In this document: in pieces, positions 36,606-45,782 of the stretch | Layout: each line of letters starts with the position of its first letter | Numbering within the stretch: position 1 is the stretch's first letter | NCBI GenBank assembly: GCA_014584295.1 | Contig: JACTNC010000058.1 | Location: forward strand, 148,669-212,668 | From: Verrucomicrobiota bacterium | GTDB lineage: Bacteria; Verrucomicrobiota; Verrucomicrobiia; Opitutales; Opitutaceae | DNA: 64,000 nucleotides | Direction of reading: 5' to 3' | Made by a program: the position numbers and the translations under genes | The notes under the pieces: generated by a model | What the model was told of the DNA's origin: nothing | What the model saw: only the letters and a program-made list of their open reading frames with translations | Databases searched by the model: none

Positions 36606-36723
36606 AAGGTTTGTTGTGTTGTTTTGGGCAAAACGATGCGCGATCCACCAGGGTACCAAGGCACCTCGTACTTCGCCAGAGCTTCCACGACGAAGCGCTT
36701 TTCGCCGTGGTGGACGATTCTGG

Positions 36724-37473
36724 TCAATGTGGCAGGATTTCCAGGATCCTGAATGGCATGGCATCGAACTCGGTCCAGAGGTATCGCGCAATCAATCCTC
36801 CTGCTCCGGCCAGCAGGCTGAATCCGGCAAGCGTACGGAGCGGGTAGCTGAGGACAAAGACACCCATCTTCGGCACCGCGCGGCCGAGAACGGAGAACGC
36901 GAGGTTGACGAGGAAATTCAACGCGATGAAGGGCGCCGCGATGCGAAATCCGAGGCTGATGACATGGCCCGTTTGCACGATGAGCGAAAGCGTTGTGCCG
37001 TCGCTGAACCCTGGGGCCCCTGCAGGCGCGAGATCGAAACTTCGCATGAACGCAGTGAGCACCGTCAGGTGCGCGCCGAAGAGGAAGAACAGCACGCCCG
37101 CAAACATCGAAAGAAACGCCGGCAGCGGCTCCTGCGCCGGCTGGGGCACATCGAATCCGGGCGCCGCCATGAGTCCGATTTCATTCGCAATCAGCCGGCC
37201 CGCCAGTTCCACCGCGGCGAACGCCAGTCGCCCAATGAAACCAAATACGAGCCCGAGGATCACCTCCCCCCCGGCGGCGAAGATCAGTCCACCAATGCCG
37301 GACGGGAACGGGCTTCCGCGAACAATCCCATAAAGAATCGATGCCAGGCACGCCGCCATTGCCACCCGCAGCATGACGGGAAGCGGGCGACCCGCCAGGG
37401 TTGGAAACAGCAGGACGACCCCGAGGCTTCGGAGGAAAACCATCAACCAGGCAAATACCAGGTCGATCGGCAT
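36724..37473 (-). CDS. fliR: flagellar export apparatus protein FliR
   Basis: Polytopic membrane protein in the fliPQR position. ATG at 37471-37473 gives MPIDLVFAWLMVFLRSLGVVLLFP (the track start is TTG at 37515). Confidence 0.9.
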   Translation of the reverse strand: MPIDLVFAWLMVFLRSLGVVLLFPTLAGRPLPVMLRVAMAACLASILYGIVRGSPFPSGIGGLIFAAGGEVILGLVFGFIGRLAFAAVELAGRLIANEIGLMAAPGFDVPQPAQEPLPAFLSMFAGVLFFLFGAHLTVLTAFMRSFDLAPAGAPGFSDGTTLSLIVQTGHVISLGFRIAAPFIALNFLVNLAFSVLGRAVPKMGVFVLSYPLRTLAGFSLLAGAGGLIARYLWTEFDAMPFRILEILPH

Positions 37474-37495
37474 GGACGAACTCCTCCGGTTGTTG

Positions 37496-37765
37496 TCAGC
37501 TTCCGAGCGTGGCAATCCGCGTGATCATCGTTGTCGCGAATTCCGAGACCGACCGAAGCAGCCAGGGCGCAAGCAGGATCAGCAGACCGGCCAGCGCGAG
37601 GAGCTTCGGCGCGAAGGTCAGCGTCTGCTCCTGAATGCTTGTCACCGACTGAAACAGGCTCATCGCAAATCCGATGATCAGCATCACTCCAAGAAACGGG
37701 GCGACAGTGTAGATCGCGAACGTAATCACGTTCTTGAAGATATCGATGGCAAGTTCCGGGTTCAC
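37496..37765 (-). CDS. fliQ: flagellar export apparatus protein FliQ
   Basis: A GTG at 37763-37765 gives an 89-aa product (canonical FliQ length) starting VNPELAIDIFKNV..; it also has the ..SIQEQTLTFAPKLLA.. pattern. There is no internal ATG, and the longer track ORF overlaps fliP. Confidence 0.85.
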   Translation of the reverse strand: MNPELAIDIFKNVITFAIYTVAPFLGVMLIIGFAMSLFQSVTSIQEQTLTFAPKLLALAGLLILLAPWLLRSVSEFATTMITRIATLGS

Positions 37766-37800
37766 GATGGGAAGGATGAAAAGTTTGGAGATTGGGAACG

Positions 37801-38703
37801 TCAGGTATGGAAGCTGTCCACGAGGCTCTTCACCACGAGGTGCCATCCATCCACGAGGACGAACAGCAACAGCTTGAACGGCAGCGATACGATTGCTGGC
37901 GGCATCATCATCATGCCAAGCGCCATGAGCACCGAGGACACGAGGAAGTCCACGACAAGAAAGGGCAGAAAAAGCATGAAGCCCATCTGGAAGGCGGTCT
38001 GGAGTTCGCTGATGACAAAAGCAGGAATCACCACACGCATCGGCAACTGATCGACGCGCGTCGGAGGGAATCGTCCGAGCTGCAGAAAGAACTCGAGATC
38101 ACGCGTGCGCGTCTGCTTGAGCATAAAGTCGCGGAGCGGAACCGTCGCCTTCTCAAACGCAGCCCCCGAGGCCGCCTGCCCTGCGAGATAAGGCTGCAAG
38201 GCCTCATTGTTGATGCGCTCGAAGACGGGTCCCATCAGAAAAAACGTCAGGAAAAGCGACAACCCAACCACGATCTGATTCGAAGGCGCTGAGGCCACGC
38301 CTAGCGCCGTGCGCACAAAACCCAGCACAATCACGATACGCGTAAAACTTGTCATCAGGATAACCAGCGACGGCGCAAGCGTGAGAAGGGTCATTACGAC
38401 CACGAGTTGGATTGCGACACCGACGTCACCCGGTTTGCCGGTTCCCTCGAGTCCGATGTTCAACCGGAGCGGACTCGACCCTGTGCCCGAGTTCGGCGGC
38501 GGCAGCGCGATCGACGCTCCCGACTGTGCCTGCACGGAAGGAACGGCACCGGCGGTGGACGTGCCACCAGCAGCAGGTGCCGGTTCAACAACCGGCGTCT
38601 GAGCGGACAGCGGGGCAATCGCCAGCATCAGCGCGAGCAGGCCCGCGAAGAGTGTGAACTTGAAACCTCCAGACATGAGGCAAACGGCGGGCGCGTTCTT
38701 CAC
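37801..38703 (-). CDS. fliP: flagellar export apparatus protein FliP
   Basis: Signal peptide plus FliP patterns SLVILMTSFTRIVIVLGFVRTALG and MLFLPFLVVDFLVSSVLMALGMMM. GTG at 38701-38703 overlaps the fliO TGA as GTGA. An alternative ATG lies at 38676. Confidence 0.9.
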   Translation of the reverse strand: MKNAPAVCLMSGGFKFTLFAGLLALMLAIAPLSAQTPVVEPAPAAGGTSTAGAVPSVQAQSGASIALPPPNSGTGSSPLRLNIGLEGTGKPGDVGVAIQLVVVMTLLTLAPSLVILMTSFTRIVIVLGFVRTALGVASAPSNQIVVGLSLFLTFFLMGPVFERINNEALQPYLAGQAASGAAFEKATVPLRDFMLKQTRTRDLEFFLQLGRFPPTRVDQLPMRVVIPAFVISELQTAFQMGFMLFLPFLVVDFLVSSVLMALGMMMMPPAIVSLPFKLLLFVLVDGWHLVVKSLVDSFHT

Positions 38704-39158
38704 GAGGATTTCTGGGAGGACTTCAGAGGGGCGAGCATCTGAATCTGTCCTGGGGTGACGCCGATCAGGAACTTGCTGCCTTCATAGTCGGCCACGACAA
38801 GGTACTGTCGGTTTCCGAGCGAACGCGTTTCCTCAATCTGGATTTTTCGATCACCCTTCGCGCTGCCAAGCGGCCCGGCGGCGCGGCGTTTGACCAGAAA
38901 CCATGCGCCTGCGCTTCCCAGCAGCAGAGCTGCAATCAGCACGCCCCAGGAACGGCCGCTTCGACGGTCAGCAGGAGGCGGCGTGGCCGGATCCGCCGAC
39001 GAACCTTGTGGAAATATCACCGTCTCAGGTGCACGGGCAGGGACCGGAGCATCCGGTGCCTCAGCCCTCATCAGCTGCGCCGTCTCCAAAACGGCGCAGC
39101 CGACTACCACTATCAGCCAGCGGGTGACGCTGGTAAAGGGATGGGAGGAAAACCTCAT
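38700..39158 (-). CDS. fliO: flagellar biosynthesis protein FliO
   Basis: Single-TM protein (GVLIAALLLGSAGAWFLV) with a FliO C-terminal pattern IQIEETRSLGNRQYLVVADYEGSKFLIGVTPGQIQML. Upstream of fliP. Confidence 0.65.
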   Translation of the reverse strand: MRFSSHPFTSVTRWLIVVVGCAVLETAQLMRAEAPDAPVPARAPETVIFPQGSSADPATPPPADRRSGRSWGVLIAALLLGSAGAWFLVKRRAAGPLGSAKGDRKIQIEETRSLGNRQYLVVADYEGSKFLIGVTPGQIQMLAPLKSSQKSS

Positions 39159-39173
39159 GCGCTCCCTCCCCTA

Positions 39174-39189
39174 AGCGAGATGCGTGCCA
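39174..39189 (-). promoter_or_regulatory. sigma54-type promoter upstream of fliO
   Basis: The minus strand reads TGGCACGCATCTCGCT (GG-N10-GC spacing kept). The -12 C (39175) is 17 nt from the fliO ATG (39158). Confidence 0.55.
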
Positions 39190-39296
39190 GTGCTATCTTT
39201 GTAGTCATACTTGGTTGACGTTCAAAATGTTACGATATTCTATCACTCACCGTGAGCATGCCCCTCCCTACCCCGGGCAGCGCCCCCAAGGGATTG

Positions 39297-39311
39297 CGGC
39301 AGGATTTGCCG
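39297..39311. promoter_or_regulatory. palindromic upstream element, fliO
   Basis: CGGCAGGATTTGCCG. Its centre is 116 bp upstream of the -24 GG of the fliO promoter. Confidence 0.55.
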
Positions 39312-39324
39312 AGAGGGAGTTGGC

Positions 39325-39645
39325 CTACAGCGCAGCGGCTGCCCAAGCGGGCAATTCCAAGGGGCGTCCCTCAACCAGATTCTTCAGGAGAGCCTGGGCC
39401 CACGCCCGGCTGCAGGTGCACTCCACGACGCGCAGGATCCGCTTTGATCCATCGACCTCGATCAAATAGCTCCCCACGATGATCGTGATGGGTGTACTCT
39501 CGCCATGGAGAAGGCAGACACCCTCGATGGACCTCACCTTTGAGTTGATTCGCAGCTCGGTCAGCTCGCCGTACGGAGCAAGAATCGAGTTCAGGTACAC
39601 CTTCACCCCACGACTCGCCAGGGCATCTTTCGCTTCTGATAACAT
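39325..39645 (-). CDS. hypothetical 106-aa protein between fliN and fliO
   Basis: ATG at 39643-39645 (the track ORF starts at TTG 39696). Same strand as the flagellar genes. No recognisable motif (MLSEAKDALASRGVKVYLNSILAPYGELTELRINSK...). Confidence 0.4.
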   Translation of the reverse strand: MLSEAKDALASRGVKVYLNSILAPYGELTELRINSKVRSIEGVCLLHGESTPITIIVGSYLIEVDGSKRILRVVECTCSRAWAQALLKNLVEGRPLELPAWAAAAL

Positions 39646-39816
39646 GTTTGAGCGTCGATCGACTTTCACAGAAGCCGCAGCATCTTCGCGACGCAAGTGC
39701 GCGGACGCATTGTTCCAGGCCTACGATCAATCCCAATCGCGGCCCGTCTCAAAGCCGCCAAAATCGCGGCGCTCCTTTTTTGAGCGGCTCGGAAAACGAC
39801 GATAAAGATCAGCGAC

Positions 39817-40083
39817 CTATCTTCCGCCTACGAGCTCCGTGATCTTGATGCCAAAGCTGTCCTCCACCACGACGACCTCACCGTACGCCACGAGCTTGTC
39901 GTTGACGAAGAGTCCCACCGGATCACTGGCCTGCTGGTTCAACTGGATGACGGTACCAGGGGCGAGTTCGAGCACCTCGCGCATGGGGAGGTGGCAGGAG
40001 CCGAGTTGGACGGTGACCTTGACTTTGACGTCGAGCACGACGTCGAGTGTTTTATCTTCCATGGTGCTTGGAATCGGGAGCAT
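39817..40083 (-). CDS. fliN: flagellar motor switch protein FliN (SpoA domain only)
   Basis: SpoA/FliN pattern VKVTVQLGSCHLPMREVLELAPGTVIQLNQQASDPVGLFVNDKLVAYGEVVVVEDSFGIKITE. Candidate starts at ATG 40083 or 40062. Confidence 0.85.
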   Translation of the reverse strand: MLPIPSTMEDKTLDVVLDVKVKVTVQLGSCHLPMREVLELAPGTVIQLNQQASDPVGLFVNDKLVAYGEVVVVEDSFGIKITELVGGR

Positions 40084-41101
40084 GCTCCGGCGAAATTTTC
40101 TGGGTGAGCTTCACGACAACCGTTTCACCGTCGAGTCCGACAGTGCCGGCAAATTTGGGTGAGCCGTTGAGCTTGACGGTCGTGCGATCGACAATGTCCG
40201 GTGGCAGTTCGATGATGTCGCCCACCCGCAGCTCAGTGACCTCCCGGAGGGAAAGCTCAAAGGCATCCCACTCCGCCCGGACCGGGAGCGAAATGTGTTC
40301 ATAGACCGGTTTCCATTCGGCCTTCTGCGCCTTGACGGAAGGAGTTCCCTCCTTCTGGCGACCTGCCTGCAGGCTCCTCACCAAGGGTTCAATTGTGAAA
40401 TAGGGGATGCCGAACTGTATCTGCTCGGAGCACTCTCCGAAGGTGGCCTCCATCGTGAGCGCCAGCACGACTGCATCCTTTGTGGAAGTCTGAAGGAAGC
40501 GGCCGTTGCTCTCATGTCCGATGACCGTAGGATGGAGCTCTTTCGCGTCCTTCCACTGGGAGCACCACTCCTCGAGGATCATGATGATGATGTCCTCCAG
40601 CAATGTGACCTCAATCTCTGTGAGAAACCGTTCTATCGATGCAGACTTCCCGGTGCCACCCAGCATCCGGTCGACTAGTGCGAGCGCCAGGCGCGGATTG
40701 ACATCGAGAATGCCGATTCCCGGCAAGGGGTCGGTCTTGAAAAGGCAGATGTGCGTCGGACTCGGCAGGGTTTCCGTGAACTTTCCGTAGGAAACGGTCG
40801 TAAGTTTTGCCATCTTCAGTCCCAACTCCATTCGCAAAAATAGAGACAGCCTGGCTGAGAGATAGCGGATGAAATCCTCGTGCAGCAGACGAAGGCGCCG
40901 CATATCCGCTTCTGCCAGGAAAACCGGATTTCGGAAATCATAGGTTTCAATCTTTGGAAGGTCCGCCGACTGAAGTCGCCTTCCGTCGGCGCGAAACACG
41001 ACCGGCTTCGGAGCCTCGGTCGATGCCGCCAGCAGACGGTCGATGTCACCTTGATCCAGGACCTCAGGCACGGGATTGCTTGTTTCGTCCGCCATAGACA
41101 T
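40052..41101 (-). CDS. fliM: flagellar motor switch protein FliM
   Basis: N-terminal LDQGDIDRLL (CheY-P binding-type LSQxEIDxLL motif), the middle FliM domain and a C-terminal SpoA-like domain. Confidence 0.9.
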   Translation of the reverse strand: MSMADETSNPVPEVLDQGDIDRLLAASTEAPKPVVFRADGRRLQSADLPKIETYDFRNPVFLAEADMRRLRLLHEDFIRYLSARLSLFLRMELGLKMAKLTTVSYGKFTETLPSPTHICLFKTDPLPGIGILDVNPRLALALVDRMLGGTGKSASIERFLTEIEVTLLEDIIIMILEEWCSQWKDAKELHPTVIGHESNGRFLQTSTKDAVVLALTMEATFGECSEQIQFGIPYFTIEPLVRSLQAGRQKEGTPSVKAQKAEWKPVYEHISLPVRAEWDAFELSLREVTELRVGDIIELPPDIVDRTTVKLNGSPKFAGTVGLDGETVVVKLTQKISPEHAPDSKHHGR

Positions 41102-41109
41102 TCAGCAGT

Positions 41110-41709
41110 TCACTGCACCACGAAGTCGGAAAAGTAGATTTGCTCCGCGACCTTCTTTCCGAGCGCCTGATTGAATGCGCCCATGAGCTTCTCACGGATG
41201 ATGTTCTTGGATCCGGGCTCTTCAAGGTCGGTGAGCGTGAGGGCCGACAGGACGTTCAGGGCAACATCCACCATCTTCGGCTTGTTGGATTCAAACTGGG
41301 ATCGAAGCCCTGCATCTGAACCGGAGACCATGAACGTTGCCTTGAGATAGCGCGTACCCATCGTGCCGGCCAGGTTCACAACAACATTTTCGAAGGTGTA
41401 GCTGTTTCCCTCACCGGGCGCGCCTTCCTGCTTCTTGCCATGCCCACCCGATTCCTTTTCCGGCTTGCCGTGAGCGGGCGCGCTGGCATGTGAGTCGGCA
41501 GCCGCATCTGAAGGGGAGAGAGAGGACAGCTCGTGCTTCAATTGCGGAATGATCACGAATTTCGCAACAGCCCACGACGCCACCGGCGCCAGAACAATGA
41601 CGGCAATGATGGGAACCAGTCTGGCAAGCATGCCGGGTGATTTCTTGTCAGGCGATTCGGCGTCACCCGCGGGTGCGGCGGCAGGAGGAGCTTCAGTCTT
41701 GGCGGCCAT
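41110..41709 (-). CDS. fliL: flagellar basal-body-associated protein FliL
   Basis: Single N-terminal TM and FliL pattern YTFENVVVNLAGTMGTRYLKATFMV...IYFSDFVVQ. Confidence 0.8.
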   Translation of the reverse strand: MAAKTEAPPAAAPAGDAESPDKKSPGMLARLVPIIAVIVLAPVASWAVAKFVIIPQLKHELSSLSPSDAAADSHASAPAHGKPEKESGGHGKKQEGAPGEGNSYTFENVVVNLAGTMGTRYLKATFMVSGSDAGLRSQFESNKPKMVDVALNVLSALTLTDLEEPGSKNIIREKLMGAFNQALGKKVAEQIYFSDFVVQ

Positions 41710-41800
41710 GTGGCGGAGAGGTTGAGTTCGATCAGGACGTGTGATTCAGCGCGGACCCGGGAAAACTGGCTCGGATCCGGGCGAGAACCATGAATTCAAA

Positions 41801-42673
41801 TCAGCGCTTCAGATTGACGATGTCTTCGAGTACGGAGTCCGACACGGTCACGAGGCGGGAACTCGCCTGGAACGAACGCTGGGTCGTGATCATGTTCGCG
41901 AACTCCTCGGTGAGGTCGACATTCGACAGTTCCAGTGCGCCCGACTCGATGCTTCCCAGTCCGTTGGAACTGGGCGTATTGTTTGCCGCTGTCATTGTGG
42001 CACCCCCGATGGGGCCTGCCGTAACCATGCCCGAGAAAAGGTTGTCGGCCTCCCTGACCAGCGATGAAGGATCCGCGAAATTCTGGAGGAGAACCTGGTT
42101 CGTAGTTACGGACGTGCCGTCGGCGTAGAATTCGATGAGATTGCCCGTCCGGTCGATTGAGATCTCCTTCCGCTGGGGATCGGTCGGCGCCAGGGTGGCA
42201 AGGCGGATCGGTCCAAGCGTCGCGGGCGGGGTGCCAGCAACTCCGCCCGTCAGACCGAGGACCCGGTAGCCCAGGGAAGTGACCAGATAGCCCGAATCGT
42301 CAATGCGGAATGCGCCCGCCCGCGTGACATATTCCTGGCCGTCCACGGGATTCTGAACGCGGAAATAGCCATTGCCGGAAATTCCCAGATCGGTGGCGAC
42401 GCCGGTCGTGTTGAGTGAACCCTGGGAGTAGCGTGTCACCACTGATGAAAGCTTGACGCCCGAGCCTATCTGGAGGGCGGACTGGTTGGATGTCGTTGCG
42501 GTCGAGGGCGCGGGGCCGCGCAACGTGTCACTGAAGCTGTCGGCATAAACTGCGCGCGAGCTCTTGTAGCCGACTGTGTTGACGTTGGCGATGTTGTTGC
42601 CGATGACCTCGAGGCCCTTGGTGAAAGTTCTCATGGCGCTGACGCCTGAGGTGAGTGTACCGATGAGTGACAT
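41801..42673 (-). CDS. flgE: flagellar hook protein (short form)
   Basis: N-terminus SGVSAMRTFTKGLEVIGNNIANVNTVGYK and C-terminus LELSNVDLTEEFANMITTQRSFQASSRLVTVSDSVLEDIVNL. Follows flgD. Only 290 aa. Confidence 0.8.
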   Translation of the reverse strand: MSLIGTLTSGVSAMRTFTKGLEVIGNNIANVNTVGYKSSRAVYADSFSDTLRGPAPSTATTSNQSALQIGSGVKLSSVVTRYSQGSLNTTGVATDLGISGNGYFRVQNPVDGQEYVTRAGAFRIDDSGYLVTSLGYRVLGLTGGVAGTPPATLGPIRLATLAPTDPQRKEISIDRTGNLIEFYADGTSVTTNQVLLQNFADPSSLVREADNLFSGMVTAGPIGGATMTAANNTPSSNGLGSIESGALELSNVDLTEEFANMITTQRSFQASSRLVTVSDSVLEDIVNLKR

Positions 42674-42729
42674 GATGAATGGAGTGAAGTCTGACGTTTA
42701 GGATTACAGGGAGGTTTTCTTTGGAAAAA

Positions 42730-43197
42730 TCAGGGTGTCGGAACAGGGTCTTCGGAGGAATCCGGCACGATCGTGGGCTCGACGGGTGCTGCCTCGACGC
42801 GAACGACACTCGCGTAGGGGTAGAGCACATCATCGATGACCAAACGCGGCGTGCTCGTCGTGTTGTCGACGGCGGAAACGATGCCGGTGACTGGAAAATT
42901 GTCGGAGTCAAGGACGGTGACCTGTCGGCCGATAAGGCCACCCGCCGAACTCAGCTCGCTCGATGCGCGCAGTGAGGCAAACTCCCGGTTCAGTTGAGTG
43001 GTCTGCTCGAGGCTCGTAAACTGGGCCATCTGGGCGATGAAGGCGGTATCCTCCATCGGTTTCATCGGATCCTGGTGTGCCAGTTGGACTGTGATGAGCT
43101 TCAGGAAGTCCTCCTGTCCCAGCGTTTGTTTGGGAGTCCTGGCCTGTACCTGTTCAGCAAAATTGCTGGAGATCGCGGATTGAGATTCTATCTGCAT
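42730..43197 (-). CDS. flgD: flagellar hook capping/assembly protein FlgD
   Basis: LGQEDFLKLITVQLAHQDPMKPMEDTAFIAQMAQFTSLEQ is the canonical FlgD N-domain. Confidence 0.85.
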   Translation of the reverse strand: MQIESQSAISSNFAEQVQARTPKQTLGQEDFLKLITVQLAHQDPMKPMEDTAFIAQMAQFTSLEQTTQLNREFASLRASSELSSAGGLIGRQVTVLDSDNFPVTGIVSAVDNTTSTPRLVIDDVLYPYASVVRVEAAPVEPTIVPDSSEDPVPTP

Positions 43198-43211
43198 GGT
43201 GGGATGGTATG

Positions 43212-45092
43212 TCAGGCGAAGGCTTGGAGCCGGGATGAGTTTTCGGACGCCTGAGTAGTCTGCGAAGGTGCGACAGGTGCTCCGACTGAGGAGATGCCGC
43301 GGCGGCTGCGCCGAATCACATCAGGGTTGCCGCGTTGGGCCTGCTGAGAGGATTGCCGGGAGGAGTCTCCTCCCATCGAGTAGCCCTGTGCGAAGGCTCC
43401 CTGCTCACTGTTTGACGACGTGTTCGAACTTGAGAACACAGGTTCGGCAAACCGGTAGGGTTTCTGATCGGAAAGGGAGAAGACGTGTTTTTCCCACGCC
43501 GTGCTCAGCGCATTGCGCAGTTCCGGCGAATCGGCATGAAACGTCGCGCGAATTTCGCCATCGCGATAGGACACGCTTACGGCAACACCGACATCATCGA
43601 GCTTCAGCTTGAGATTCACGCCAGAGCGCTCGGTTGCCCACAACACATCCGCGGCATCGGTGATCTGGCGGATCGCTTCCACAGCAGCAACCGCTCCTTT
43701 GCTGTTTGGTACCGCTGCCTCCGAGGCTGCTCGACCCAGAGACCCTTGTTCGGCGGAATGACCGACACCCGATGCGATAGGCTCGCCCTGCAGCGCAGCA
43801 TAACGGGGATGACGGCTATCATGAGGCATGGGAGTCACGAGGGCTGCAGTTTCAGTGCCAACCCGAGAACCGTGATCCATAAGTGACTCATCTAACGAAT
43901 CTAATGATTCCTTTTTATTGATGCCCGTGCTGAGGTTGGCGTCTGTTTTCCGCGTCGATTGGATCTGTGCCGCGCTGCCGGCATATTTTTCCGACGTGAC
44001 CGTTGAGACCCGAATTCCGGCGGCCAGGGAACGGTCCCCAACGACCGCGGCAGGCAGAATTTTGCCGGGTAGGTCTTCGCCTGATTTCAGGGTGTTCCCC
44101 TCAGGAAGTGGGCTTTCGCCCGCGATGTCGGGCTTACCGCCTGAAGCACCTGACAAGGATTTCGAAAGGACATCCGCTGGGTTGGTTTCAGAACTGGCTG
44201 AGGCGGGAATCGTGGAATTTTCGGTGGTTGCAAAGTTGCCCGCGCCCTCACTGCCGGCAAGAAGGGTCATACGAGTTGCAGACATTTGCGGCGCGGGGGC
44301 GGCAACCGAGTCGGCACTAGAGAAGGAGTTCGTTGGAAACGACCCGACGCCTAGACTCCTCCCTAAATGCAGTGCTGAGAGAGATTCGATGCGGTCAACT
44401 ATTCCGGCTCCGGTCGTTTGCGGCATTTCACCCGGCAATTCCGAGTCAGAAAAACTGAGCCATCGCGAACCGAGCGCCTGGCTTGCGAGCACAGGCGAAG
44501 TTTTCATCTCCGACAATAAACGGGGCTCTTTTGCCCGCGCGTCGCACAACGTTAAGTTTAAAGCTGAAGCTGCGTTCGTCTCTTCGGGTTCAACAGGAAA
44601 ATTGGCGGGATTTGCAGTCGCGACCATACTTTTCACCAACGCAAGCGGGGCAGAGACCGTCAGTGAGCCGTCATCCTTTAGCCGCGAATCGGACACGCTT
44701 TGGCCGTCCTCGCCATCAGTTTCTTCGACGCTCTCGTTGTCGTCTGAAACGACTTCGTCCGACACCGCATCCGTGACCGAACCATCGGCATCATCCGGTA
44801 CAGCCTCGGCAGGAGCAATTCCGGGCGTCAGCCCGCATGTCTTTGCCATTGCCAGGTGCATGGGAATGGGTGTGCCTACCGGGGTCATCGCCAAGCCCGC
44901 TACGACAGCCGCATCGATTGCCGGGCTGCCCACCGGTTTGTCGTTACCGACATCAGCGGTTTTCTCAAAAATGTCCGCAAAGGCGCCTGCACAGGCGTCA
45001 CCCTCCATCACATCATCAGGCAGACCCGAATCGGATGCAGGGGAATTCTTAGTTGTCGGTTCGAAGGGAAGGACGGAAGTGGATGGTGACAT
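43212..45092 (-). CDS. fliK: flagellar hook-length control protein FliK
   Basis: Long low-complexity Ser/Ala/Pro-rich protein with a C-terminal Flg_hook-like segment VNLKLKLDDVGVAVSVSYRDGEIRATFHADSPELRNAL. Upstream of flgD. Confidence 0.7.
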   Translation of the reverse strand: MSPSTSVLPFEPTTKNSPASDSGLPDDVMEGDACAGAFADIFEKTADVGNDKPVGSPAIDAAVVAGLAMTPVGTPIPMHLAMAKTCGLTPGIAPAEAVPDDADGSVTDAVSDEVVSDDNESVEETDGEDGQSVSDSRLKDDGSLTVSAPLALVKSMVATANPANFPVEPEETNAASALNLTLCDARAKEPRLLSEMKTSPVLASQALGSRWLSFSDSELPGEMPQTTGAGIVDRIESLSALHLGRSLGVGSFPTNSFSSADSVAAPAPQMSATRMTLLAGSEGAGNFATTENSTIPASASSETNPADVLSKSLSGASGGKPDIAGESPLPEGNTLKSGEDLPGKILPAAVVGDRSLAAGIRVSTVTSEKYAGSAAQIQSTRKTDANLSTGINKKESLDSLDESLMDHGSRVGTETAALVTPMPHDSRHPRYAALQGEPIASGVGHSAEQGSLGRAASEAAVPNSKGAVAAVEAIRQITDAADVLWATERSGVNLKLKLDDVGVAVSVSYRDGEIRATFHADSPELRNALSTAWEKHVFSLSDQKPYRFAEPVFSSSNTSSNSEQGAFAQGYSMGGDSSRQSSQQAQRGNPDVIRRSRRGISSVGAPVAPSQTTQASENSSRLQAFA

Positions 45093-45161
45093 GGGGGCGA
45101 TCCATCCATGGCCGCAAAACGCACCGTCCTTGGCGCGCCAGAGTTGAAATGAAAGGGAGAG

Positions 45162-45782
45162 TTACGGGGATGTGCTTGCTGTCGTTGTCGAACGCGCGGC
45201 CTTCAGGAGCCGAATACGTTCCGAAAGATGGGCGGCCCGCTTGATGAGCGCGGGATCACCCGACTTGCCCATCTCCTCGAAGAGGGCACTGACTTCATCG
45301 GTCTTCATCAGCGAGAGCACCTTGACGACGGTCAGCTCGTCCATCTCGCGAAGGATGGCCACGGCTGTCTTCGGGGAAAGGTTGCGGTAGGTTGCGGCGA
45401 GCGTCTTGAGATTCTTCGCCTCGTCGGCCTGCACCTCGATCATCTTTGTCGCGATCTCGCTTCGCAGCGCCTCGATCTGCTTTCGGGTCTTTTCAAGTTC
45501 CTGCTGCTCGGACCTGAGGCGCGATTCCCGCGCGGCAATGCCCTCCTCACGCTGCTTCAGCACGGCCTTCTGCTCCTTCAGTTCCTTGGCGAGGGATTCC
45601 ACTTCAATCGTCCAGAAATCCCACGGAGGTTCCGGGCGCGCGGGCTTGCTCTCCGAAGCAAAGGATTCGGCGATCTGCCGCACCAGCGGTTTCGCGGTGG
45701 TCCATATCACCGCGGTGCTGGTGCCTACTCCCAGAATCAGACCGAGGACGACGATGACGATGGGATTTGATAGAAGTTTCAT
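45162..45782 (-). CDS. flagellar-operon protein with MgtE-N-like domain (YlxF/FlbB-like)
   Basis: N-terminal TM, a coiled coil, and a C-terminal AILREMDELTVVKVLSLMKTDEVSALFEEM (MgtE intracellular N-domain-like). ATG at 45780-45782 overlaps the fliJ TGA as ATGA. Same position as ylxF in Bacillus fla/che. Confidence 0.55.
   Translation of the reverse strand: MKLLSNPIVIVVLGLILGVGTSTAVIWTTAKPLVRQIAESFASESKPARPEPPWDFWTIEVESLAKELKEQKAVLKQREEGIAARESRLRSEQQELEKTRKQIEALRSEIATKMIEVQADEAKNLKTLAATYRNLSPKTAVAILREMDELTVVKVLSLMKTDEVSALFEEMGKSGDPALIKRAAHLSERIRLLKAARSTTTASTSP

Noticed and set aside
36685-36712. Hairpin CCACGACGAA-GCGCTT-TTCGCCGTGG just downstream of fliR as a terminator.
   Set aside because: It has an imperfect stem and no U tract. 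It looks more like another degenerate copy of the REP core (CACGACGAAGCG).
25959-36791. Short ORFs sharing peptides such as EGHASSCP, GGARFVV and TTKRAPP (for example 25959..26153-, 34633..35004-, 36200..36478-, 36519..36791-, 30752..31300+).
   Set aside because: The shared peptides are simply translations of the 24-nt repeat unit in different frames and strands. The ORFs lie inside intergenic repeat elements and are not a protein family.
39190-39260. sigma70-like TTGAAC-N16-TACAAA (minus strand) in the AT-rich patch upstream of fliO, and TTGACG..TATTCT on the plus strand.
   Set aside because: These are weak matches. The plus-strand one has no downstream gene, and the sigma54 promoter plus UAS explain this region better.
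39325-39696. PilZ-domain (YcgR/MotI-like) assignment for the ORF between fliN and fliO.
   Set aside because: Neither RxxxR nor (D/N)xSxxG motifs are present in the proper arrangement. The N-terminal RR residues belong to a TTG-initiated extension that is probably not translated.
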